From positions 928,001-992,000 of the forward strand of contig CAVSGI010000010.1 in NCBI GenBank assembly GCA_963727445.1: 64,000 nt of DNA, in the 5' to 3' direction. The stretch comes from an uncultured delta proteobacterium (GTDB lineage: Bacteria; Myxococcota_A; Polyangia; Polyangiales; B10-G4). The notes beneath the pieces are model-generated. The model was not told where the DNA came from, did no database searches, and saw only the letters and a list, made by a program, of their open reading frames with translations. Below, in pieces: positions 52,204 through 61,881 of this stretch (positions are counted from its first letter, which is position 1; each line of letters starts with the position of its first letter). The position numbers and the translations under genes are program-made.

Positions 52204-54075
52204 TCACTCGAGCTCGCGCAGCATGCGTTCGAGCTGGCGAATGTCGATGTCGCCGCTCCCGCTCCCGCTCCCGCTTCCGCCCGCGCCGCCGAGGGCCTGC
52301 ATGAGCGTGTTCAGGTCGAGCCCGCCCGAGCCGCTGGCGCCGCCCGAGCCGCCGCCGAGGGCCTGCATGAGCGTGTTCAGGTCGAGCCCGCCCGAGCCGC
52401 CGGCCCCCTGACCGCCCTGGAGGTTGCCGAGCGCCGCGAAGAGCCCACCCGAGCCTCTCCCGATGTCCTGGTCGCCGTGCGCTTCGTCGAGCCAATGGCG
52501 CGCGATGGTCTCGACGCGCCTCTTGTGCCGTCCTCGCTCGCGGTCGGCGATGACGTCCACCAACCCGCGGCCGGGCGCCTGCTGGAAACGGTATCGGTCG
52601 ACGTAGTCGCGGACCGCCGCGAAGAAGCGCCCCTCACCCACGGCATGCCTGAGCGCCGGATAGACGTAGACCCCCTTGCCGTAGATCAGCCCCGCGTAGG
52701 AGAGGCTCGAATCGAAGGCATCGACGGGCTGGTTCACCGCCGCGTCCGGGTGCCCCATCATCCGCATCATGCGGTAATTCATCTTCACCTGGCTCTCGCC
52801 GTCCTCGCGTGCGCGGGCCGCGCCGTAGCGATCCTCGAGGTAGAGGAGCGCGCTCCACTGGGCGAGAGACTCGTCGATGAAGGGATGGGCGCGCGAATCG
52901 CTGCCGACCAGACCGTGCCACCACTGGTGCGCCACCTCGTGCGCCGTGACCATCTCGATCATGCGCTCCGGGTCGGCGCCCGCACCCAGGAGCGACTCGA
53001 GGCCGCCCATCCCCGAGTCGCGATAGAACATGCTCGCCACCGTGACCAACCCGGCGAACTCGACGCCGCCGGCTCCCCCGACGAGCGGCGCTTCGACCAG
53101 GTCGAGCTCGGTATAGGGATAGCCGCCAAAGCGGCGCTCGAAGATGCGGAAGGCCTCGACGGCCACGTCCAGGACCCGTTCGCCCCCCGCGCGTTCTTCC
53201 GGAAGGAACCAGGAGCGTATGGTGACGTCGCCTACCTGGCGCGTCTCGGCGGTGAGCCGCTTGCTCGCGAGCACAGTGAAGTCGCGCACCATGGAGGCGA
53301 CGACGTGATGCTCCACGCGGCCACCCGTGCGCCGGCGCTCCGCGGTGATTCCGGTGGTCACCACCGTCACGTCGGGGTCGACCCGGATGGTGGCCTCCAC
53401 GTTGGACATGTAGTCGCTGCCGAGGTCGCCCATGGTGGTCGATTCACCCCGCACCCACCCGGAGGCGTCCCTGCGCGCGATCACCGCATAGAAGTTGGCG
53501 AAGGAAGCGATGTCGTCGCCGACCGAGAGCAGCCCGTAGTCGCTGTGGTGCTCGTTGCTCCCGAGCGTCGCCATCCCTTCGAGGCCTTGCGCCATCATGT
53601 TGGTGCGCGACGAATCCGTCACCCGCAGGCGCCCCTCGAGGCCGACGTACATGCGAATGCGCGCCCCGGGAGCCAGGGGCGCGGCCGGCCGAAAGGTGAG
53701 CGCCGTCGCGTTGTCGATGTGGGTATCGCAATGCGTCCCCAGACAGTGCGCGTGGGTGAGGTGCACCGGTGGGGGACCGTCGACTGTGTTCGCGTAGACC
53801 CTGAGGACGATCTCGCCCTGGGGCTGGCCGGTGTCGTTTCGGTAGTCGATCGTCTCGCCGAGGGTGAAGCGCCCGTCGTCGACGTCGATGTCGAGGTCCA
53901 TCTGGTAGTGCGTCAGATCGCTCACGTCCGACAGGCCGGCGGCTGCAGGCAGCGCGCGCGCCGCAGAGCTCCGAAGCGACGCATCGCGCCCCGCGGGACC
54001 GGTTTGTTCCGGCTGCGCCCTCGCCGCGCCCGCCCACGAGGTGATGGCGAGCATCGCGACGAGGCAGCGGATCAT
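52204..54075 (-). CDS. Secreted M1 family (gluzincin) aminopeptidase
   Basis: Signal peptide ARA-Q; GGVEFAG exopeptidase motif; AHEVAHQWW..FIDESLA; IYGKG. Confidence 0.92.
   Translation of the reverse strand: MIRCLVAMLAITSWAGAARAQPEQTGPAGRDASLRSSAARALPAAAGLSDVSDLTHYQMDLDIDVDDGRFTLGETIDYRNDTGQPQGEIVLRVYANTVDGPPPVHLTHAHCLGTHCDTHIDNATALTFRPAAPLAPGARIRMYVGLEGRLRVTDSSRTNMMAQGLEGMATLGSNEHHSDYGLLSVGDDIASFANFYAVIARRDASGWVRGESTTMGDLGSDYMSNVEATIRVDPDVTVVTTGITAERRRTGGRVEHHVVASMVRDFTVLASKRLTAETRQVGDVTIRSWFLPEERAGGERVLDVAVEAFRIFERRFGGYPYTELDLVEAPLVGGAGGVEFAGLVTVASMFYRDSGMGGLESLLGAGADPERMIEMVTAHEVAHQWWHGLVGSDSRAHPFIDESLAQWSALLYLEDRYGAARAREDGESQVKMNYRMMRMMGHPDAAVNQPVDAFDSSLSYAGLIYGKGVYVYPALRHAVGEGRFFAAVRDYVDRYRFQQAPGRGLVDVIADRERGRHKRRVETIARHWLDEAHGDQDIGRGSGGLFAALGNLQGGQGAGGSGGLDLNTLMQALGGGSGGASGSGGLDLNTLMQALGGAGGSGSGSGSGDIDIRQLERMLRELE
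52285..52400. repeat. Intragenic 50-bp exact duplication (66-bp period)
   Basis: 52285-52334 is identical to 52351-52400; encodes GSGGLDLNTLMQALGG twice. Confidence 0.9.
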
Positions 54076-54157
54076 GGGCTCACTATGGCGCAGCCCCCGC
54101 TGCGCCACCACCCGCACTGGCTTCTGCAGCGAAAAAACGGGTACGATCGCCATCGTC

Positions 54158-54565
54158 ATGAACATCGAGCGTCGAGATCCGGGTGTGGTCCTCATCCTCT
54201 CGCTCTTCACCTGCGGGCTCTATCTCATCTACTGGTACTTCAAGATGTACGACGAGCTCGAAGAGCTGTGCGGCACGACACCCACCGGCAACTCTTTCAT
54301 CCTCGACCTGCTCCTGACCTTCGTGACCTGCAGCCTCTGGGGGATCTGGGTCGACTACAAGATCTCCATGCAGCTGAACGACCTTCAGCGCGAGCGGGGG
54401 ATCATGAGCCCCGATAGCACGATGCTCGCGGTGGGTCTCGACGTCGCCGCCTACATCACCGGCTTCTTCTGCAACTACATCACGAGCGCCGTACAGCAGG
54501 ACCAGCTCAACAAGGTCGTCCAGACCCCGGTGAATCCCCAGCTGGAGCCCCCCCAGACCTTCTGA
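54158..54565 (+). CDS. DUF4234 family membrane protein
   Basis: RDPGVVLILSLFTCGLYLIYWYFK and a C-terminal QDQLN. Confidence 0.85.
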   Translation: MNIERRDPGVVLILSLFTCGLYLIYWYFKMYDELEELCGTTPTGNSFILDLLLTFVTCSLWGIWVDYKISMQLNDLQRERGIMSPDSTMLAVGLDVAAYITGFFCNYITSAVQQDQLNKVVQTPVNPQLEPPQTF

Positions 54566-57114
54566 TGCGTGCGCTCGCGACGACGCTGCTCCCTTGGGCT
54601 CTCGGCCTCTCTGCGTGTAGCGTCGACTCCCACGCCATCCCGCCCGGAGCACCCGTCGACGCGGGCGCAGACGCCTTGCCCGACGGCTTTCTGCCCGACG
54701 GCCCACTGGACGCCGGGCCGCCCTGCACGACCTTCGCCGCCGACCCCACCGTGATCGCGGTGATCGCGGGAGACGACCTCTCGAGGACGGCCGGCGTGAG
54801 CTTCGAGGACACGGAGATCCAGGAGCCCGGCGTGATCGCGCTCGCCGAGAGCCCCTATCGCTATGGCTACTGGGCGTTCCTCGGACACGAGGAGCCCCTC
54901 CTCCGCGATCCTCCCAACCTCGCCGATCTGAGTGGAAGCACGCCGGTGGCCGCGGCCTTTCGCGACGACCTGGACGTCGACGTGAGCGTGGGGGAAGCCC
55001 CGTACGATCTCCTCGTCACCCTCGACGACCGCTACACCATCGAGGTCATCGGGGAGATCGCCCTCACGGCGGGCGACAGCGAGGTCTTTCTGGACGTCGA
55101 CGGTGGTGGTGTCCTGTCGATCGACGTCGACGGAACGGCGTTCACCATACGGCAGCCCACCGCCGGTGAGTCTTCGGTGACCGTCACCGCGCCCCGCGAC
55201 GACTTCTATCCCGTCCACGCCGCATGGCAGAACGAGGGGGGGCCCGGCCGTTTTCACGTGGAGGTCGCGCCGCCTGGTGAGTCACGAGACTTGCCGGCGC
55301 CCTCCGACATGCGCGTGGACGCCTCGTCGCTGTCCGGCCGCGAGGTGATCGGATGGGAGAGCGAGGTTCCCGACGGAGACCCCCTCGGGTCGCGGATCGA
55401 TCTCGACGCCACGGGGTGGACCTCCGACGGGCCGCCCTTCGAGGGCGTGGGCATCACCGAGAACGACAACTGGTCGGCGCGCTGGTTCGGGCGTCAGGTC
55501 ATGAACGACCCCATCGACGACGTCCACGTGCGCTCGAACGAGAGCCACCGGCTCTGGGTCGATGGGGTGTTCCTGGGCCGCGACTACGGAGGCTCGACGG
55601 ACCAGCGCTACGACACGCCGGCACCCGACGGGATCGTCGACGTGGTCATGGAGCTGAGCGATGGCAACGGAGGCTCGGAGCTCACCTACGAGGTGGATGA
55701 TGCGGCCGTCGCCCCCAATCACCTCCGTCCGGCCACCCGCTTCGGAGGCACGCCTTTCGGGGTCGGCGAGCGTTTCTCCCACTCGGTGAGCGACACCCGC
55801 ACGGAGACCCTCGACCTTTCGGGGATCCCCGGAGGTCCGCCCTCCGCCGTGGAGGTCTCGGTGATCGTGGCGGCCGCCGAACCGGAGAGGGTCACCGTGT
55901 CGGTCACCGAGCCCGGCGGACGCATGGACTCCCGATCCCTCGCGGACGCCGCGTGGTCTCGGGCGGGGGGGATGTGGCTCCTGCGATGGGTCCCCCCGTG
56001 GGCCGCGGAGCTGGACTCGGCGGACGACACCTGGGAGATCACCGTCGACAACGCGGCCAGTGACTCGGTGGATTGGATGGCGCAGGGGGTGCTCGTCCAC
56101 CTCGGCGGGGTCGACGCTCCCTACGCGCGCACCGGCAACTACCAGTCGATCGTCCTCGATCTCGGCGACGACACCGAGCTGACCGGCGTACGCGCGGGCG
56201 GGATGTGGACGGGGACGACCGACGTTCGATTCGGGCTGCGCGCGAGCGCCGTACCCGCAGAGCTTCTCTCGATGCCCTTCGCCGACACCGATGACACCGG
56301 GGATCTCGCGACGCCCATCCATGGCCGATTCGTCCAGGTCCGCCTCGACCTGTCGGGACCGGGATGGGACACGCCACGCATCCGCGACCTGCGCATCCTG
56401 GGACGCGCCTGCCGGCGCTGCGCGGAGATCGATCCCACCACCTGCCCCGAAGAGCGGGCCGTCGACGGGCTCGTCGGCCTGTGGCGCTTCGACGAGAGCG
56501 GCAACGTGATTCGTGATCTCTCGGGTTACCGCGTGCACGACCTCATCACCCCGACCGGCGCACGCATCGACTGGGTCCCCGGCTCCGTTCAGGTCGAGAC
56601 CGGTCGTTTCACCGTCGACCGACCCATCGACGCCATCACGGATGCCATCGAAGCCGCGAATGCCCTCACCCTCGAGGCGTGGGTGACGCCCATCGATGAC
56701 GTGCAGGGCGGCCCGGCGCGCATCCTGACGATCTCCGAAGGGGTGTTCGATCGAAACCTCACCCTGGGCCAGGACGGCACCCATTGGGAGGGGCGGATTC
56801 GGCGCGACGGCGCGACGAACGGCAATCCCTTCACCGACTCCGCCGATCCCTCCGTCCGCCCCGGCATGCTGCAGCACATCGTGCTGACCCGAACCCCCGC
56901 CGGTGAGCAGACGCTCTGGGTCGACGAAGTCATGAGCGGCGATCCGGTGTCCACCACCGAGACCCTCGGCAACTGGGACCGCACCTTCCGCCTCTACGTC
57001 GCCAACGAGAGCACCGACGATCGCCAATGGGCCGGCGGCATCCACCTCATCGCCCTCTACGCCCGCGCGCTGAGCGCCGAGGAGATCGCGCGCCACCAGC
57101 GCATCGGGCCGTGA
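54565..57114 (+). CDS. Large lipoprotein with PA14-like domains and a C-terminal LamG-like jellyroll
   Basis: Lipobox LSAC; NDNWSARWFG..SNESHRLWVDG (PA14-like); GLVGLWRFDE, TLEAWVTP, QHIVLT, LYARALSAEEI (LamG-like). Confidence 0.82.
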   Translation: MRALATTLLPWALGLSACSVDSHAIPPGAPVDAGADALPDGFLPDGPLDAGPPCTTFAADPTVIAVIAGDDLSRTAGVSFEDTEIQEPGVIALAESPYRYGYWAFLGHEEPLLRDPPNLADLSGSTPVAAAFRDDLDVDVSVGEAPYDLLVTLDDRYTIEVIGEIALTAGDSEVFLDVDGGGVLSIDVDGTAFTIRQPTAGESSVTVTAPRDDFYPVHAAWQNEGGPGRFHVEVAPPGESRDLPAPSDMRVDASSLSGREVIGWESEVPDGDPLGSRIDLDATGWTSDGPPFEGVGITENDNWSARWFGRQVMNDPIDDVHVRSNESHRLWVDGVFLGRDYGGSTDQRYDTPAPDGIVDVVMELSDGNGGSELTYEVDDAAVAPNHLRPATRFGGTPFGVGERFSHSVSDTRTETLDLSGIPGGPPSAVEVSVIVAAAEPERVTVSVTEPGGRMDSRSLADAAWSRAGGMWLLRWVPPWAAELDSADDTWEITVDNAASDSVDWMAQGVLVHLGGVDAPYARTGNYQSIVLDLGDDTELTGVRAGGMWTGTTDVRFGLRASAVPAELLSMPFADTDDTGDLATPIHGRFVQVRLDLSGPGWDTPRIRDLRILGRACRRCAEIDPTTCPEERAVDGLVGLWRFDESGNVIRDLSGYRVHDLITPTGARIDWVPGSVQVETGRFTVDRPIDAITDAIEAANALTLEAWVTPIDDVQGGPARILTISEGVFDRNLTLGQDGTHWEGRIRRDGATNGNPFTDSADPSVRPGMLQHIVLTRTPAGEQTLWVDEVMSGDPVSTTETLGNWDRTFRLYVANESTDDRQWAGGIHLIALYARALSAEEIARHQRIGP

Positions 57115-57204
57115 CGGCGGGGTTGGGGCGGTAGCGGGAACGGCGACGGGGCGCCGAGACGCGTTCGGGTTCGGCGCTGGGGTGGGCGCGGACACCGCAG
57201 CGAC

Positions 57205-57325
57205 GGAGACGGATTCGGATTCGGAGACGGATTCGGCGACGGAGACGGGTTCGGATTTGGAGGCGGAGACGGGAACGGATTCGGAGACGGGCAACGGAGA
57301 CGAGAACGGCGACGGGTTCGGGACG
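57205..57325. repeat. Degenerate hexamer (GGNNNC) low-complexity array
   Basis: GGAGAC GGATTC GGATTC GGAGAC GGATTC GGCGAC GGAGAC GGGTTC and so on. Confidence 0.8.
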
Positions 57326-57536
57326 GCTGCGCGTTCTGAGACGGCGCTGGGCGCGGAGATGCGCCGGCTGGCGGGGCCCGGCGACCGGAGCGGACCTGCG
57401 GATGCGCGCGGGCCCGGACACGGTCTGGAACGCTCAGACCAGCGCAAGCGAGGCGCAAACGTGCGGGGCTCGGGGGCGTGCCTGTTCGATTTCGCTTGCT
57501 CACTCTCGAATACGTGTCATTGTCTGCCTATTCAAG

Positions 57537-58235
57537 ATGAGTCGCGCTCGCCCCAGATCGAAGCAGCTATCCATTCGCTATCGCAGCTGGGGCGGACGAC
57601 GAAAGGGCGCCGGTCGTCCGCGTCTCGCGGATCGAAAGCGCGTGTCGCATTCGCGACGCGAGCGCTTCCACTGTCGGGTGCCGCTGCTCATCACCATCCG
57701 TGTCTGCGAGCACGTCCCGGACTTGCGGGGCCCCTTCGTGTTACCGACCATCGAGGCCGTGCTCGAGCGGTGGATGAAGCGCGACGGGTTTCGCATCGTG
57801 CACTACTCGGTGCAGGGCAATCACATCCACTTGATCGTGGAAGCGCCTGGCGGCCGAGCGGCCGTTGCGCGCGCGATGAAGGGGATCAAGGTCGCGATCG
57901 CCCGGCGCATCAACCAGCTCACCTTCTCAGAGGGAACGGTGTGGGCCGACCGGTACCACGACCGACTTCTCGACAAGCCGAGGAAGGTTCGAAATGCGCT
58001 CGCCTATGTGCTGAACAATGGACGTCGGCATCGCGTACGCGGGCGATGGCGGCGCTCGCGCGATCGAGTCGACCCCTGTTCGAGCGCCGAGGTCTTCGAG
58101 GGCTGGAAGTGGCCCGTCCAGCACGAACGCGACGGCCCGCCCCCCGTCGTCTCCGCCGGCACCTGGCTGCTGCGCGAAGGTTGGAAGCGAGGCGGCGGAC
58201 GGATCGCGCCCGATCAGGTCCCCGGCGCGGGGTAG
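57537..58235 (+). mobile_element. REP-associated tyrosine (HUH/Y1) transposase, RAYT-like
   Basis: LLITIRV; HUH motif YSVQGNHIHLIVEA; VWADRYHDRLL; catalytic helix ALAYVLNN. Confidence 0.85.
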
Positions 58236-58557
58236 GAGGTCCGAAGGGGGAGTATCGGGATGTCTTCGGAGGTAGCGCGCGCGGACGGCGCCCCCCCTCA
58301 CCGCGCGCCTCTCCCCTCGAGCCTCTAACGCCATCCCCGCCCACCGATCGAGCATCCGCGTCGCACCTCGCCCGCGCCATCCGCGTTGTTCGACGCGCCA
58401 CGGGCTGCCGCCCGCCACCCGACGCCACCCGCAGCCTCCGCCGCGCCGTGCGCCCGCATTCCCTCCAACGCCACGGCCCGAGCCGGCGCGCGCACCTGCC
58501 CGCGACGCCTCCCCCGCGCGCCCTCCGCTCGAACGCACGGCCGCTCGGGCGGCCTCG

Positions 58558-59190
58558 CTACACCCCTGCCAACGGCGCTCCCGTCACCTTCGCGACCTCT
58601 TCCGGCGTGACCCCTGGCGCGCACTCCACGAGGGAGAAACCGTCGGGGCCGACGTCGATCACCGCGAGGTCGGTGATGATGCGGTTCACGACGCCCTGGG
58701 CGGTGAGCGGGTAGTCGCACTCGGCGACGAGCTTGGGCTCGCCCTTCTTGGTGACGTGTTTGGTGAGGACGAGGATGCGGCGCGCCCCCGCCGCGAGGTC
58801 CATCGCGCCGCCGATGCCCATGGTCTTGCCACCCGGGATCGCCCAGTTCGCCAGGTCGCCGGTGGCGCTGATCTGCATCGCGCCGAGGATCGCGAGGTCG
58901 ACGTGGCCGCCGCGGATCATGGTGAAGGAGAGCGCCGAGTCGAAGCAGGAGCCGCCGGTGACGACTGTGACGGTCTGCTTTCCGGCGTTGATGATCTGCG
59001 GGTCCGCCTCGCCTTCGTAGGGGAAGGGGCCCATGCCCAGGATCCCGTTCTCGGTGTGGAGCCAGACGTCGTCACCCTCGGGGATGAAGTTCGCGACCTG
59101 CGTCGGCAGCCCGATGCCCAGGTTCACGATGCTGCCCGGCTCGACCTCGGTGGCGGCGCGCTCGGCGATCTCTTCGCGTGACCAGCTCAT
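58558..59190 (-). CDS. scoB: 3-oxoacid CoA-transferase subunit B
   Basis: VNLGIGLPT, catalytic TENG, INAGKQ, MIRGGHVD, GDLANW, GGAMDL. Confidence 0.93.
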   Translation of the reverse strand: MSWSREEIAERAATEVEPGSIVNLGIGLPTQVANFIPEGDDVWLHTENGILGMGPFPYEGEADPQIINAGKQTVTVVTGGSCFDSALSFTMIRGGHVDLAILGAMQISATGDLANWAIPGGKTMGIGGAMDLAAGARRILVLTKHVTKKGEPKLVAECDYPLTAQGVVNRIITDLAVIDVGPDGFSLVECAPGVTPEEVAKVTGAPLAGV

Positions 59191-59921
59191 CGTCCCGCCT
59201 CCGCGCCGGCCGGCCGCGGCCGGGTGGTCTCGTACTCGAAGGGATCCTCGTGCTCCTTCACCTCGACCACGCGGTGGACGAAGACGCCCGGCAGGTGAAC
59301 GTCGTCGGGGTCGATCGCGCCGAGCGGCACGAGCTCGTCGGTCTCGACGATGGTGGTGGTGGCCGCGGTGGCCATCAGCGGCGCGAAGTTTCGCGCGGTG
59401 CGCCAGAAGCGCACGTTCCCGAAGGGGTCGGTCTCGTGCGCGCGGACGAGGGCGTAGTCGGCGTGAAGCGCCTCCTCGAGGACGAACGCGCGCCCACCGA
59501 AGGTGCGGACCTCCTTGCCCTCGGCGACCACGGTCCCCACGCCGGTGGGCGTGTAGAAGGCCGGGATCCCTGCCCCCGCCGCGCGTATCCGCTCGACGAA
59601 GGTCCCCTGGGGGACGATCGACACGTCGATCACCCCGCCGGCCATCGCCGCATGGAGGTCTTCGTTGTTGCCGACGTAGGTGCAGACGATCTTGCGGACG
59701 ATGTCCGCCTTGAGCCAGGCGGCGAGGCCTTTGCCCATGTTGCCGGCGTTGTTGCTGATCAGCGTCAGGTTCTTGGCGCCGGAGTCCACCACCGCGGCGA
59801 TCAACGCCTCGGCATTGCCGCACAAGCCGAAGCCGCCGACCATGATGCGCGCGCCGTCGGAGAGACCTTCGAGCGCTGCTCGTGGGTCGGTTTTTACTTT
59901 GTCGCGATGTCTTCCCGTCAT
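59187..59921 (-). CDS. scoA: 3-oxoacid CoA-transferase subunit A
   Basis: IMVGGFGLCG, ISNN, PQGTFVERIRAAGAGIPAFYTPTGVGT, TARNFAP; ATGA overlap with subunit B. Confidence 0.93.
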   Translation of the reverse strand: MTGRHRDKVKTDPRAALEGLSDGARIMVGGFGLCGNAEALIAAVVDSGAKNLTLISNNAGNMGKGLAAWLKADIVRKIVCTYVGNNEDLHAAMAGGVIDVSIVPQGTFVERIRAAGAGIPAFYTPTGVGTVVAEGKEVRTFGGRAFVLEEALHADYALVRAHETDPFGNVRFWRTARNFAPLMATAATTTIVETDELVPLGAIDPDDVHLPGVFVHRVVEVKEHEDPFEYETTRPRPAGAEAGR

Positions 59922-60029
59922 CTCGAGCACCCTGGGGCCGGCGGCTACGAGAAAAAAGGGGCCGCGGCGGCCTCCGGGGGAAGAGTACACGGGCGCTTCC
60001 GCCGATAGCGGGGTAACTTCAGGGGGCTG

Positions 60030-61724
60030 ATGGGAAGTAGCGCGCTCTCTCAATCGACCCGGCCCGGCGAAGAGGTCCCGCTCGACCCCGGCTCGGTGCT
60101 CGACGGGCGCTATCGGGTGGTGGACGTGCTCGGGATGGGCGGCGTCGGCATCGTCTACCGCGCGGAGCACCTCGGCCTCAAACGCGAGGTGGCGGTCAAG
60201 GTCCTGCGAAAGAGCTTCGTGGAGCACACCTCGCTTCGCCCGCGCTTCGACCGCGAGGCGCGCGCGATGGCGGCGATGAGCCACCCCAACATCGTCTCGG
60301 TGATGGACTTCGGTGCGGCGGAAGGGGCGCCTTTCATCGTCATGGAGCTCCTCGAAGGACGGACACTTCGCGAGCTGATGGACGAGGGACCGGTGCCCGA
60401 GGCGGAAGCGCTGCGCATCTCCCGTGAGCTCCTCCGGGGCCTCGGGTACGCGCACGGGCGCGGGCTGGTCCACCGCGACGTCAAGCCCGGCAACGTCTTC
60501 CTGCAGGCCCTCGACGCACAGGGCGAGCACGTGAAGCTCCTCGACTTCGGCTTCGCGAAGATCCAGGCGGGCTCGGAGCTCACCACCGGCTCGATGATCT
60601 CCGCGGTGGACGAGACATTCGGCACGCCCGCGTACATGTCGCCGGAGCAGGCGATGGGCGACAACCTCGACCATCGCGCCGACCTCTACTCGGTCGGCGT
60701 GGTGATCTTCGAGATGCTCGCCGGCGACAAGCCCTTCGACGGAGAGCTGCACGAGATCGTGAAGGCGCACCTCGCCGCACCGGTCCCGCCCATCGAGGAG
60801 TTCCGCCCCGATGTCCGCGTCCGCCCCCCGCTGGCCGAGCTCCTCGCCAAGGCGATGGCGAAGAACCCTGTGGATCGCTTTCGCGACGCGGACGAGATGG
60901 CCCACGCGATCGAGGAGCTCCCGCGCGAATCCCTGGTGCCCAAGCCCATCTGGGAGGACAGCGTCCGCGCGGCGCGCGAGGCCGAAGACGCCGAGCAGGA
61001 AGAGCGGATCGCCAAGTCCGAACCGCCCCCACCGATCCACCCCGAGGAGCCGCAGCAGAGGTCACTGACCGTTCCCATCGTCGCGCTCGGCGTCCTGCTC
61101 GCCCTCTCCACCGCCTATTTCCTCTGGCCCGCAGGGACGACGGAGACGGAGACAGCGACGGAGACCGCGACCGCGACGGAGACCCCGACGGAGACGGAGA
61201 CCGCGACCGCGACCGCGCGGACGCAAAGCGATCCCGAAGCCGACGCCGTCTTCGCCACCGATCCCGTCCCCGCCTCCGAATCCGAGACCGCAGCCGTCGC
61301 CGAAGCCGAAGCCGAAGCCGAAACCGTCGCCGAGCCCGATGCCCCCGCCGCAGCGGACTCCGAATCCGCTTTCGACTTCGCCACCGACGCCTGGCACCTG
61401 CACCCCACCGTCCCCCTCCTCGAGGACATTCGCGCCGCCCTCGACGCGGGTGAGACGCCGCGCACGCGGGCGGTCAATCAGCTGCGGGCCTACTCGCGCG
61501 GGAACCGAGCCGACCCGCGGCCCCATCTGCTCCTCGCCCGCATCTTCTTCGCGCGGCATTGGTGGAGCGACGCCCTCGCGCGCTTCACCCTGGCCTACGA
61601 GGTGGACCACCGGATCGCGGAGGATCCGGACATGCGCGCCGCCCTCGAGAGCCTGGCGGCCAACCCGAGCATCGCTGGCGACGCCACCCAGGTGATGCGC
61701 CAGATCTACGGCGGGCCGAGCTGA
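60030..61724 (+). CDS. Membrane-anchored Ser/Thr kinase with a Thr/Glu linker and C-terminal TPR-like domain
   Basis: GMGGVGIVY, HRDVKPGN, DFG, GTPAYMSPE; TM segment VPIVALGVLLALSTAYFLW; TETATETA repeats. Confidence 0.93.
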   Translation: MGSSALSQSTRPGEEVPLDPGSVLDGRYRVVDVLGMGGVGIVYRAEHLGLKREVAVKVLRKSFVEHTSLRPRFDREARAMAAMSHPNIVSVMDFGAAEGAPFIVMELLEGRTLRELMDEGPVPEAEALRISRELLRGLGYAHGRGLVHRDVKPGNVFLQALDAQGEHVKLLDFGFAKIQAGSELTTGSMISAVDETFGTPAYMSPEQAMGDNLDHRADLYSVGVVIFEMLAGDKPFDGELHEIVKAHLAAPVPPIEEFRPDVRVRPPLAELLAKAMAKNPVDRFRDADEMAHAIEELPRESLVPKPIWEDSVRAAREAEDAEQEERIAKSEPPPPIHPEEPQQRSLTVPIVALGVLLALSTAYFLWPAGTTETETATETATATETPTETETATATARTQSDPEADAVFATDPVPASESETAAVAEAEAEAETVAEPDAPAAADSESAFDFATDAWHLHPTVPLLEDIRAALDAGETPRTRAVNQLRAYSRGNRADPRPHLLLARIFFARHWWSDALARFTLAYEVDHRIAEDPDMRAALESLAANPSIAGDATQVMRQIYGGPS

Positions 61725-61853
61725 GCTTCCTGCGATCCCTGCGCAGTCGAGCAAGGCTTGCCTAGGGCTCAGCGTCGCCCTTCGCCGGCTGCGCTCCCAA
61801 AACCACCCGTAATATCAGGGAGATGAGTGTCGAAACCCACCTCTGCCCACAGG

Positions 61854-61869
61854 TGGCCGCTGCATTGCT
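61854..61869 (+). promoter_or_regulatory. Sigma-54 (-24/-12) promoter
   Basis: TGGCCGCTGCATTGCT (TGGC..TTGC, GG-N10-GC). Confidence 0.65.
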
Positions 61870-61881
61870 CTATCCGCAAGC

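Noticed and set aside
57182..58714. 510-aa ORF starting with TETDSDSE repeats
   Set aside because: It is a translation of the hexamer array followed by Arg-rich out-of-frame text overlapping the transposase.
61138..61220. ACGGAG/ACCGCG repeats as a mobile or regulatory repeat
   Set aside because: They encode the in-frame Thr/Glu/Ala linker of the kinase.
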